Shown here: piece after piece, positions 19,045 through 27,690 of the stretch
Numbering within the stretch: position 1 is the stretch's first letter
Layout of the letters: the number at the start of each line of letters is the position of its first letter
Made by a program: the position numbers and the translations under genes
Source: Elainellaceae cyanobacterium
Lineage (GTDB): Bacteria; Cyanobacteriota; Cyanobacteriia; CAZCXK01
Assembly: GCA_051117555.1 (NCBI GenBank)
Contig: JBNPEG010000058.1
Span: 1 to 31,023, forward strand
DNA: 31,023 bases
Direction of reading: 5' to 3'
Notes under the pieces: model-generated
What the model was told of the DNA's origin: nothing
The model's input: the letters and a program-made list of their open reading frames with translations, nothing else
The model's database searches: none

Positions 19045-19376
19045 GAGCTACGCCAGCAATAAATCGAGTCTAAGCGAGAAAAAATATAGCATAGTGAAAA
19101 CGTGTCATACCAGATAATATCAAGGATCGCACGAGCGACTACCCGATAGTGTTAATCCCGTCATGAACAACTTAATCGATCGCTTTTCATTTAGACCACC
19201 CGACTCGCCACTTTGTAATACTTACAAAATAACTGCTTAAACCAGTTTCGATCAGTCTCGTCTAAGAAAATTTTAGAATTGTCTCAATCATTGTGCCTGA
19301 TTCAAAAAGATCTTGCCATCCATTTATCAACTATTCATTGTTTTGGATGGTGCACTCTAGACGGCACATTCCTTAA

Positions 19377-19448
19377 AGCGGGTAACGCGATTCGAACGCG
19401 CGACATTCACCTTGGCAAGGTGACGCTCTACCACTGAGCTATACCCGC
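19377..19448 (-). tRNA. trnG: tRNA-Gly (GCC)
   Basis: Minus strand GCGGGTATAGCTCAGTGGTAGAGCGTCACCTTGCCAAGGTGAATGTCGCGCGTTCGAATCGCGTTACCCGCT: full cloverleaf, anticodon GCC, no encoded CCA. Confidence 0.97.
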
Positions 19449-19545
19449 ACATTTAGCTGCTTATCTAGAATCTCAAAATCTACACCGACTGTCAACTAGC
19501 AGACCCAAAATTCAAACCAGAACTGACACCCCGGTTTGTAGACAT

Positions 19546-19668
19546 TAGTGTTGTGACATGCCTAAAATAGGGCAAATTATTAAAAGGCTGCAAATCTTGA
19601 ATCCGGTGCGTTACGCTGCGCTAACGGCATCCTACCTAATGCACCATTTTAGCTGTGCCACACCACTA
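19546..19668. mobile_element. MITE-like element B carrying a REP
   Basis: 29-bp terminal inverted repeats TAGTGTTGTGACATGCCTAAAATAGGGCA (19546-19574) and, reverse-complemented, TAGTGGTGTGGCACAGCTAAAATGGTGCA (19640-19668), 22/29. Internal REP GTAGGATGCCGTTAGCGCAGCGTAACGCACC (minus strand, 19605-19635). Confidence 0.65.
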
Positions 19669-19703
19669 CGTTGTCTTTGGGGCAACTTTGCCCCCTAGAC
19701 CGC

Positions 19704-20291
19704 TTATGAATTGTCCTGCACATCAGAGGCTACAGCACTTTTCAATGATGGCGGTAGGGTTTGAGAATTCGCGGAACCCGACATGCGATTGTTACCCGCC
19801 AAATTAGGATGCGCCGCCCTAACTTGATGCATGAGGCTTGCCATTTCAATTGCCGACATGGCGTATTCCCAGCCTTTATTACTTTTAATGCCAGCACGCT
19901 CTAGCGCTTGCTGCATCGAGTCAGACGTTAAAACGCCAAAGACGACCGGCACCCCAGTTTGAAAACTTGCTGCGGCAATTCCTTTGGAAACCTCAGCCGC
20001 AACGTAATCAAAATGAGGAGTTTGCCCTCGAATGACCGCCCCTAGACAGATAATGGCATCATATCGATAGGTAAGCGCTAGCTGACGAGCCAGCAGTGGA
20101 ACTTCGAAACTACCAGGAACCCAAGCATAATCAACTTGAGCTCCTTGAGGATTGGGATCGATTCCGTGTCTCTTTAAGCAGTCTTGGCAGCCTTCTAGAA
20201 GCTTCTGTGTGACCAGATCGTTAAACCGACCAATCACAATTGCAAGTCGTAAATTTTCAGTCTGAGTAAAGGTGCCTTCAAAAACTGCCAT
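19704..20291 (-). CDS. ribH: 6,7-dimethyl-8-ribityllumazine synthase
   Basis: 'GRFND', 'VPGSFEVP', '[15 protein letters not shown]', 'QALERAG..NKG'. Confidence 0.97.
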   Translation of the reverse strand: MAVFEGTFTQTENLRLAIVIGRFNDLVTQKLLEGCQDCLKRHGIDPNPQGAQVDYAWVPGSFEVPLLARQLALTYRYDAIICLGAVIRGQTPHFDYVAAEVSKGIAAASFQTGVPVVFGVLTSDSMQQALERAGIKSNKGWEYAMSAIEMASLMHQVRAAHPNLAGNNRMSGSANSQTLPPSLKSAVASDVQDNS

Positions 20292-20338
20292 AGTTGACTA
20301 TTAACCTAATACTGCTGAGGTAACTCTTACGTGTTAGC

Positions 20339-20530
20339 TTAGACAACAAAATAGTTCAATCCGCCAACAACCAATACGAGTATTACCCACAGACCAGAAC
20401 CCAGCAGAATAAATCGCTTAGCCTGCTCCCAGTTTTGAGGTGATGCATACCCAACTGGCACTGCAACCACCATGACAAACGATAGTAGAACCAGCGCCGC
20501 TAAGGCAAATTGAAATAAGATCGATAGCAT
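20339..20530 (-). CDS. psbZ: Photosystem II protein Z
   Basis: '[38 protein letters not shown]...LNYFVV'. ATG at 20530 with a GGAGG RBS; psbZ-ribH gene order. Confidence 0.96.
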   Translation of the reverse strand: MLSILFQFALAALVLLSFVMVVAVPVGYASPQNWEQAKRFILLGSGLWVILVLVVGGLNYFVV

Positions 20531-20704
20531 TTGTCTTCCTCCCAATAGTGCAGAAAACGAGTGAGTCGCAGCTCAACCTGTTACGTACTGCGATCAAATC
20601 AGCCCTGAATAGTAACCTATCAGAAAATCAGACCGGCTCAGCACTTTCTCTGTCAAGATTAAGAATAAAGGGAACAGGAGCAGAATTAGCAGGACAGCAT
20701 CTCG

Positions 20705-23452
20705 ATGGATGTAGTGCTATGTCATATCACAGCAGATTTTGACACTTTGGGAGCCGCAGTTGGGGTAACGCGTCTAAAACCGGGAGCTCGAATCGTGCTA
20801 ACCGGAGGTAGCCATCCCGGGGTTAAGGATTTTTTAGCGCTTCATCGTGACGAATATGCGTTAATTGAACGACGATCGGTCAATCCTGAGGAGATTCGAT
20901 CGATTACGATCGTGGATACCCAATGGCGCGATCGCCTAGGCAAAGCGGCTGAGTGGCTCGATCGCGCGAATGTCGATGTTCATATTTACGATCACCATCC
21001 TGATGCGTCTGGGGATGTCGTAGCGAACACGGCTCATATTGAATCCGTTGGAGCAACGTCGACTCTAATCGCTGAATCGCTGCGATCGCAGGGGCTAACG
21101 CTAAATCCAATCGAAGCAACCGTTATGGCACTGGGTATTCACGTCGATACCGGGTCGCTGACGTTTGATCACACGACGGTACGGGATGCGGCAGCGCTGA
21201 CGTGGTTGATGGAACAAGGGGCAAATGTGCGGGCGATCGCAGAATATGTGGAACCAGGGCTCCCTCCTCAGCTTCAAGATCTCCTCACCACCGGCTTGGA
21301 TACATTGCAGTCTGAAGTGGTCGAGGGGCTAACACTGAGCTGGGTTTTACTCACCGTTGATGCCTATGTGCCAGGGTTGTCTAGCCTGGCCTCCCAAATG
21401 ATTACACTGACTGAAAGTGATGTATTGCTCCTGGGGGCGCGATATCCGGTAGGAGATGGCAATGAGGAACGGCTGACTGTCATTGGGCGATCGCGCGGAC
21501 GCGCCTTCGGAAGTTCTCATGCAGAGTCAGTCAATCTCGGACAATTGTTTAAACCATTAGGAGGGGGTGGGCATCCGAGAGCAGCAGCTGTGACCCTGCG
21601 AGGTGTTTCTCCAGACGCGATACTGGCTCAACTGCTCGACCAGTTGCGATCGCAGATTCCATCTCCTCCGACTGCGCGAGAATTGATGTCGTCTCCGGTT
21701 CGTACGATTCGCCCCGAAACCACGATTGCAGAAGCTCAGCGCATTCTTTTGCGCTACGGGCATTCTGGATTGTCAGTTGTGGATGCAAGCGATCGCCTTG
21801 TTGGAGTCGTCTCCCGTCGAGACTTAGATATCGCCCTCCACCATAACTTCGGTCATGCTCCGGTGAAGGGATTTATGACAACCAATGTAAGAACGATTGC
21901 CCCAGATACGCCGTTGCCTGAGATTGAATCTCTCATGGTGACTTACGATATTGGCCGCCTGCCCGTTTTGGATCAAGGCTTATTGGTTGGCATTGTCACC
22001 CGAACTGACGTCCTGCGTCAGCTTCACCAGGAGCAACTGATCGAAAATGCAGGACGATCATCGGGGGGACGGCGATCGCCCCATTGCCTTCTTCCAGATA
22101 CGGTTCACACTCTTCTGCATAATCGGTTGGCAGATCCGTTGTGGGAGTTGCTCTCCGAAGCCGCAAACCAAGCAGAACAACGCGGCTGGCAACTGTATTT
22201 GGTGGGTGGAGCCGTTCGAGATTTGCTGCTAGCAACCTCAAACGAATCACTCCTCATCGATGACATCGATTTAGTCGTAGACGGCTTTCATCGAGCTGCA
22301 GACGATGCGGCAGGGGTTGAACTCGCTCGCGCCTTGAGAGAAACCTACGCTAATACCAAGCTGCAAGTGCATGGGCGATTTCAAACGGCTGCACTGCTCT
22401 GGCACAATGATCCCGATCTAGACTCGCTCTGGGTCGATATCGCCACGGCTCGCACTGAATTCTATCCGTATCCCGCAGCAAACCCGGAAGTTGAAGCCAG
22501 TTCGATTCGCCAAGATCTGTATCGGCGAGACTTTACAATCAATGCGCTTGCGATTCGATTAACCGAGCCCCGCAGGTGGGAGTTACTTGATTTCTTTGGT
22601 GGGCTGATTGATTTGCAAGCCGAGCAGATTCGGGTACTCCATGCCAATAGCTTCATCGAAGACCCGACGCGAATCTTTCGAGCCGTTCGATTTGCTGTAC
22701 GCTTAGGCTTCAATATTGATGCTCAAACCGAGAGTTATATTCGCCATGCAATCGGCAGCGGCATTTACCACCGCATTCAATCCGATATAGACACCACCCC
22801 CGCCTTGCAAACCCGACTCAAGCGGGAGCTGCACTACATTCTTGAGGCCCCCTATTGGCAACCTGCGATTCGGCTGCTCGATGATTTAGGTGCACTTCAG
22901 TGCATTCACGTTGATCTCGATTTGGATGACGCTTTGTGGTGGCAACTCCGATTAGTAGATCGATGCCTGCGACGATTTGACCGTCAAACCACCGTGCCGC
23001 ACTGGCAAATGCTTTTGGAAGTAATGATGGCAGAGTTGGCTCCTGAGGCTCGACGATCGGTTGCTCAAAATTTGCAGCTTCCGGCTGAGAGTATTGAGCG
23101 GCTCCAACACGTTAGCCAAATTCAAGCTGAACTCGCGCAGTCATTGCCCCGGTGCGATCGTCCGAGCGAATTATTTCAGCAGCTCAATGCTTATGACTTG
23201 GCAACGCTAATTTTATTGGCGGCTAAAGGGTCTCGCTCAATGCGTCGGCATATCTGGAAATATCTCAGCCAGTGGGCAACCAGTCAACCGCCACTGGATG
23301 GCAATGATTTGAAAGCGCTGGGATACAAACCAAGCCCTCAGTTTAAGGACATTCTATCCTCCTTATTGGCTGCTAAGCTGGATGGCGAAATCACCAATCG
23401 AGCCGAGGCAGAGGCGTTTTTATCAGAGCACTTTCCGCTTAACTCTGCTTAG
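20705..23452 (+). CDS. DHH-CBS-domain class II tRNA nucleotidyltransferase (probably the A-adding enzyme)
   Basis: N-terminal 'ADFD', 'DHH', 'DTGS', 'GGGGHPRAA'; CBS pair; polymerase motifs 'LVGGAVRD..DIDL', 'RRDFTIN', 'EDPTR'. This long architecture corresponds to the A-adding partner where CC and A addition are split. Confidence 0.9.
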   Translation: MDVVLCHITADFDTLGAAVGVTRLKPGARIVLTGGSHPGVKDFLALHRDEYALIERRSVNPEEIRSITIVDTQWRDRLGKAAEWLDRANVDVHIYDHHPDASGDVVANTAHIESVGATSTLIAESLRSQGLTLNPIEATVMALGIHVDTGSLTFDHTTVRDAAALTWLMEQGANVRAIAEYVEPGLPPQLQDLLTTGLDTLQSEVVEGLTLSWVLLTVDAYVPGLSSLASQMITLTESDVLLLGARYPVGDGNEERLTVIGRSRGRAFGSSHAESVNLGQLFKPLGGGGHPRAAAVTLRGVSPDAILAQLLDQLRSQIPSPPTARELMSSPVRTIRPETTIAEAQRILLRYGHSGLSVVDASDRLVGVVSRRDLDIALHHNFGHAPVKGFMTTNVRTIAPDTPLPEIESLMVTYDIGRLPVLDQGLLVGIVTRTDVLRQLHQEQLIENAGRSSGGRRSPHCLLPDTVHTLLHNRLADPLWELLSEAANQAEQRGWQLYLVGGAVRDLLLATSNESLLIDDIDLVVDGFHRAADDAAGVELARALRETYANTKLQVHGRFQTAALLWHNDPDLDSLWVDIATARTEFYPYPAANPEVEASSIRQDLYRRDFTINALAIRLTEPRRWELLDFFGGLIDLQAEQIRVLHANSFIEDPTRIFRAVRFAVRLGFNIDAQTESYIRHAIGSGIYHRIQSDIDTTPALQTRLKRELHYILEAPYWQPAIRLLDDLGALQCIHVDLDLDDALWWQLRLVDRCLRRFDRQTTVPHWQMLLEVMMAELAPEARRSVAQNLQLPAESIERLQHVSQIQAELAQSLPRCDRPSELFQQLNAYDLATLILLAAKGSRSMRRHIWKYLSQWATSQPPLDGNDLKALGYKPSPQFKDILSSLLAAKLDGEITNRAEAEAFLSEHFPLNSA

Positions 23453-23461
23453 CTCTGCTTA

Positions 23462-23529
23462 GAGCCTATTTAAAAACTCCCTAGAATTTTTAGAATCAAA
23501 ACTCCCGGATGGGGTTTTCAGGTAGGTTC
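23462..23529. mobile_element. MITE-like element C with TTA target duplication
   Basis: Ends GAGCCTATTTAAAAACTCC and, reverse-complemented, GAACCTACCTGAAAACCCC (14/19). Flanked by TTA at 23459-23461 and 23530-23532. Confidence 0.55.
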
Positions 23530-23793
23530 TTAAGGCTAATCAATAATTGGACACGACCGTCATTGACGCGATCCCTGACGCGATCGCCCAATTTGTCCTG
23601 AACAGGGTAGGATATTTGGGAGAAATGACGCTAAGCTCTCTTCTACCCATTTCTCAGACAACCCATTTCTCGGACAACGGTTACAGATAATTGACGGGCG
23701 AACGGCTGTTTGTCCCTACAAAGATCTGTACGTTGGATTTGTAAATTGGATTTAGGAGAATTGGTATTAACCCTTGTTCCTCAAAAAACTGCT

Positions 23794-25410
23794 ATGACTT
23801 TGACGGCTGGAGCAACTCTTCAGAATGGCAAATATGTCATTCACGCAATCTGTGATCATCAAGAGCTTGAAATCACCTATCAAGCGACCCATTCATTTTT
23901 GAGGCAGGCTGTTCTGATCAAAGCCCTCAAAGATAGTCTTCGAGATCATGAGGATTTTGATGCGTTCAAACACCAACTCACGCGGGCGGCGACCCATCTT
24001 GCCCAGTGTCAGCATCCCAATCTGGTGCATACGCTAGATTGCTTCGAAGAAGATAGTATTCCATACGTTGTTTTGGAGAGCGTGTCAGGGCAGTCCCTCG
24101 ACGAGGTTGTGCGTACGGGGCATCCCCTTTCGGAAGAGGCTGCGCTATTTCACATCCATCAAGCTGGTTTAGCCGTTAGCCACATCCACCACTGCGGGCT
24201 CGTGCATACCGGTATTACTCCGCGAGCCCTGGTGCGAAGCTATGGCACTGATCATGTTGTCTTGACTGGATTTGGTTTGAAGACACTGGTTGCTGCTTCG
24301 TTGACAGCCGAAACATCCGAAACAGCCGAAACGGCCTCTGACCTACACTCTGGTTCAGGTCCTCTTGATTCTGCTGACAGTCATGCTTCCGTGTTCACCA
24401 GTGTTGAGAATCCTACTGTAGACCTTCGTGCGCTTGCCCAAACGCTCTACTTTTTACTGACAGGCGAATTGCCATCTATGGCGATCGCCTTCGACGCAGC
24501 AAAGCTACGACTACTGCATCCCAATCTCAAACGCAGCACCGAACACGCGATTCGCTCAGTGCTAGATGCTAATACATCTCCATCGCAAATAAAGATAGAT
24601 GACTGGCTCAACCAACTTGACATTGGTGCTTCATTAGATTTACACTCCACTTCATTAGATTCACACTCCACCTCATTCATGCGGACACAGGTCATCTCTC
24701 CGGCTTACTCCGCAGGAGCCACCCCAGCAACGACCGTTATTTCCCCGAAGCAATCGCCTCGGGTTGCATCCTCTAGACCCCACTCGGTGAGGTCAAAGGC
24801 GCGCCCTTGGCTTTTATTAGGATTAGGGGTGACATCGGTAGCAGCCGCATGCTCTGGTGCCTATCTCGGCTTTACCCTAAGGTTCCAAGACGCTGAAGAC
24901 CTTTCAAAATCGCCCGTGTTTGGTCGTGAAATTTTTGGTGGCGAGCAAAATTTTCCACCGTCTCGTAAATGGCCGGGATTAAACAGCACAGACTTGTCTG
25001 AATCACCGCGCGTCTTATTTGAACGTTCGAAATCTGCTCCTTCAGAGCAACCCGATGAATCTATCCAGATCGATCCGCTCCCCTCAATCGACGACTATGA
25101 TGATGAGCCCGAAACCGAATCTGAACTAGTGATTGACCCAGACTTATTTTTCGATCCCGACTCTGTTTCAGGATCGATTGATGACTGGGATACTGATTCT
25201 CCATTACCGACTAACCCCGCCGTAAAGCCCGACGTGCGTCCTGAAGCCGACCCCCAACCATCTAGCCCTGAAGATTCTACCCCGCCTCCCTCAGCAGGCA
25301 CCAAACCTTCTCCGCCTGCCTCACCCGGACTAGACACTGTTCCGGCCCCGCCTATTCCCAATTCACCCTCCCAATCCACTCCCGACTTGCTGTCTATTCC
25401 TGATTCCTGA
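23794..25410 (+). CDS. Membrane-anchored Ser/Thr kinase-like protein (predicted pseudokinase)
   Basis: 'LTAGATLQNGKY', 'VLIK', 'LAQCQHPNLV', 'FEEDSIPYVV'; single TM helix; 'EQNFPP'; Pro/Asp-rich tail. Catalytic motifs are degenerate. ATG 23794 preferred over TTG 23710. Confidence 0.85.
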   Translation: MTLTAGATLQNGKYVIHAICDHQELEITYQATHSFLRQAVLIKALKDSLRDHEDFDAFKHQLTRAATHLAQCQHPNLVHTLDCFEEDSIPYVVLESVSGQSLDEVVRTGHPLSEEAALFHIHQAGLAVSHIHHCGLVHTGITPRALVRSYGTDHVVLTGFGLKTLVAASLTAETSETAETASDLHSGSGPLDSADSHASVFTSVENPTVDLRALAQTLYFLLTGELPSMAIAFDAAKLRLLHPNLKRSTEHAIRSVLDANTSPSQIKIDDWLNQLDIGASLDLHSTSLDSHSTSFMRTQVISPAYSAGATPATTVISPKQSPRVASSRPHSVRSKARPWLLLGLGVTSVAAACSGAYLGFTLRFQDAEDLSKSPVFGREIFGGEQNFPPSRKWPGLNSTDLSESPRVLFERSKSAPSEQPDESIQIDPLPSIDDYDDEPETESELVIDPDLFFDPDSVSGSIDDWDTDSPLPTNPAVKPDVRPEADPQPSSPEDSTPPPSAGTKPSPPASPGLDTVPAPPIPNSPSQSTPDLLSIPDS

Positions 25411-26022
25411 CCGATAGACGTGTAGATACATCTAGGCTGGTGTGCATAGTCGACTATCAAAAATTCACGTCAGAAATTTGCGTCAAACGTTCTTAAAGTT
25501 TTAGTCGATGTGTTGAGCACAACACGCAGTCGTGAATCAACTCATAGAAAGTAGTTCTTGTAGAGTTAAGAGCACACGATAGCTCTCGCGTTTGTCTTGA
25601 CATATTTGGGGACGGGCGATCGCTCACCCCGCGTATCAAAGGTGTGCAAGGCTAAGTGTGCTTGCATTAACTAGGCTAGGCGACAGCATCGAGCTTATTA
25701 ATGTGACTTAACAGGGTGTCATAGCAACCATCACAGATCGTTGATCGGTTGCACGCCAGATAGCGTCCCTAGCTTTGGCATCTGGTTAGGCGTTATGTCC
25801 TAAGCTGTTAGGCTGACGCTATCAATTGCGCCCTCGGATCTATACATTGCTGACGAAACGTATAAAATCCTCAAGCTTTCGTAAACTGAGTTGCGCTGTC
25901 GCCAACTCGAATCTTGATGGGGTTATGGTGTTTGACTTAGCCTGTATGGATCAATGTGTTAGTCACCTCGATGCTAAGCATGGACAGGGGTTAAAGGGAA
26001 CCGTCTTCACAATAAAAAACGT

Positions 26023-26211
26023 ATGACTTATCAAGAAAATCTCAAATGCTGGGCAATCGTGCGCACCGTTCCAAATACTCAGGAACAAATCGTGAATCGG
26101 TTTCGGAGACGCTCAGACGCTGAAGGGCATGCCCAACTCTTGCGCCAACGCTTTCCGCGCACCCTCTTTGCGGTCGTATTTGACCGTCAGGCTCAGGAAC
26201 TCCCCGATTGA
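26023..26211 (+). CDS. Small cyanobacterial hypothetical protein (62 aa)
   Basis: The pattern 'MTY..L..W.IVR..PN.Q..IV.RFRRRSDAEGH...L......F.VVFD' is one I recognise as recurring in filamentous cyanobacteria. Confidence 0.75.
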   Translation: MTYQENLKCWAIVRTVPNTQEQIVNRFRRRSDAEGHAQLLRQRFPRTLFAVVFDRQAQELPD

Positions 26212-27254
26212 CTATGAATTGAACCGTCTGGCATCGTTGCTCCGGTAAGACAGGTTTCAGTGAAATCGGCTTGCCAAAGATTGGCTTGATGCAAGTTTGC
26301 GTGGCTAAGATTGGCTCGTCGGAGATTAGCTCTCTGGAGGTTTGCCATACTCAGATCGGCTCGTTGCAGATTAGCCTCTGTAAGATTTGCATCCGTCAGC
26401 GCGGCTTCTCTTAAATCGGCTTCTTGCAAATTAGCAGTCTCAAGATTTGCATCATATAGATTTGTCCCAATCAGATTTGCTCCGACGAGAGTGGCGCCTC
26501 TGAGATTGGCATGGCTCAAATTTGCCATACACAGGTTTGCCATACTCAAGTTGGCGCGAGTCAGATTGGCTTTATACAGTGTCGCACCAATCAAATTTGC
26601 GATGCAGAAAATCGTCATGCTTAGATTAGCCTGCCTTAAATCGGCGTCGCGCAAATTGGCTCGATTAAGCGTAGCTTCTCGCAAATCTGCGTGAGACAGC
26701 GTTGCCATAAAGAGAGTCGCTTGGCTGAGATTGGCTGTATACAGATTGGCTTCTCGCAAGTCAGCATAATTAAGACGCGCTTTGATCAGGGTTGCCATGC
26801 ACAGGTCGGCATTAGCTAAGCAGGCATGACTCAAATCGGATTCATTTAGATTCGCTTCTCTCAGACTTGCTCGTCGTAAGTTGGCGATCGCCAGAATTGC
26901 CCCGCACAGATTGGCTGCCCGAAGATTTGCGCCACATAGCAGAGTCTCTCGCAAGTCAGCCGCAACAAAACTAGCACCTTCAAGATTGGACGAATCAAGA
27001 TTTGCGGTATATAAACTTGATTGATTAAGATTCGCACGTCTTAAATCTGCGTGATGCAAATCAGCCATGCAAAAGTCAGAGCGGGATAGAATCGCATCTG
27101 TCAAGTTGACATTACTCAGAGAGCCTTCTCGAAACCTGACAGACTCACTTATTAGTTGGCTGAGATCAGGATTAATGTTTGCATTTTGGTGCCGCCACGC
27201 ATTCCACACTACAACTCCCCGCTTAAACAAGGAGACGCATTTTTCGTTTGCCAC
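26193..27254 (-). CDS. Pentapeptide repeat protein
   Basis: N-terminal 'GVVVWNAWR', long A(N/D)LXX array, C-terminal 'ATMPDGSIH'. Confidence 0.95.
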   Translation of the reverse strand: MANEKCVSLFKRGVVVWNAWRHQNANINPDLSQLISESVRFREGSLSNVNLTDAILSRSDFCMADLHHADLRRANLNQSSLYTANLDSSNLEGASFVAADLRETLLCGANLRAANLCGAILAIANLRRASLREANLNESDLSHACLANADLCMATLIKARLNYADLREANLYTANLSQATLFMATLSHADLREATLNRANLRDADLRQANLSMTIFCIANLIGATLYKANLTRANLSMANLCMANLSHANLRGATLVGANLIGTNLYDANLETANLQEADLREAALTDANLTEANLQRADLSMANLQRANLRRANLSHANLHQANLWQADFTETCLTGATMPDGSIHSQSGSS

Positions 27255-27388
27255 TGACCATTTCCTTGTTCACCCGATTAAAGAGGCTTAGTACTGATGG
27301 TGACTTACGCATCAGTGGGCCTAGTGTTCCCCAACGAGAGAACGAAATCCTGATTGATCGTGGAAGAATTCCTTAATGACAGAATTTT

Positions 27389-27688
27389 TTATCCCGCCAG
27401 CTTTGCTTCTGCCCATTGGCAAAAAATCGGCACGCTCGTCGCATCGGAAAGCAAATCAAGATACTGGTGAATAAAGCGCTGATTAGGAAGCATTCCTGCT
27501 GGATCAAGGGGCAAGTCTGCCTTGATGCCTTTGCTTAAGAAAGCATCTATTTGACTGAAATTTTTGATGTTCACATCTCCGCGATACTCGGTTTCAACCG
27601 TCAGACTAGATTCGCCGTTGTACGACTCGATACGGACTCGACTTGATATATCAAGTTGAATCGGGACTGTAGTCTCATTGGGACACAC
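27389..27688 (-). CDS. Possible hypothetical protein or gene remnant (99 aa)
   Basis: Fills the gap between two genes and has protein-like composition. It has a GTG start directly after an in-frame stop, only 2 bp from the divergent gene. Confidence 0.3.
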   Translation of the reverse strand: MCPNETTVPIQLDISSRVRIESYNGESSLTVETEYRGDVNIKNFSQIDAFLSKGIKADLPLDPAGMLPNQRFIHQYLDLLSDATSVPIFCQWAEAKLAG

Positions 27689-27690
27689 CT

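Noticed and set aside
19377..19448. tRNA-Gly as an integration site for an island or prophage
   Set aside because: No integrase, no duplicated tRNA 3' end seen in the window, and core-looking genes on both sides.
25826..26026. 66-aa ORF upstream of the 62-aa gene
   Set aside because: TTG start. It spans a likely promoter and structured leader and has no protein-like features.
26311..26694. 127-aa repetitive plus-strand ORF
   Set aside because: Antisense shadow of the pentapeptide-repeat gene.
27255..27690. Guanidine riboswitch upstream of the DUF1989-containing gene
   Set aside because: No ykkC or mini-ykkC signature seen. The protein is the GcvT-fused Tdm type, not the stand-alone carboxyguanidine deiminase type.
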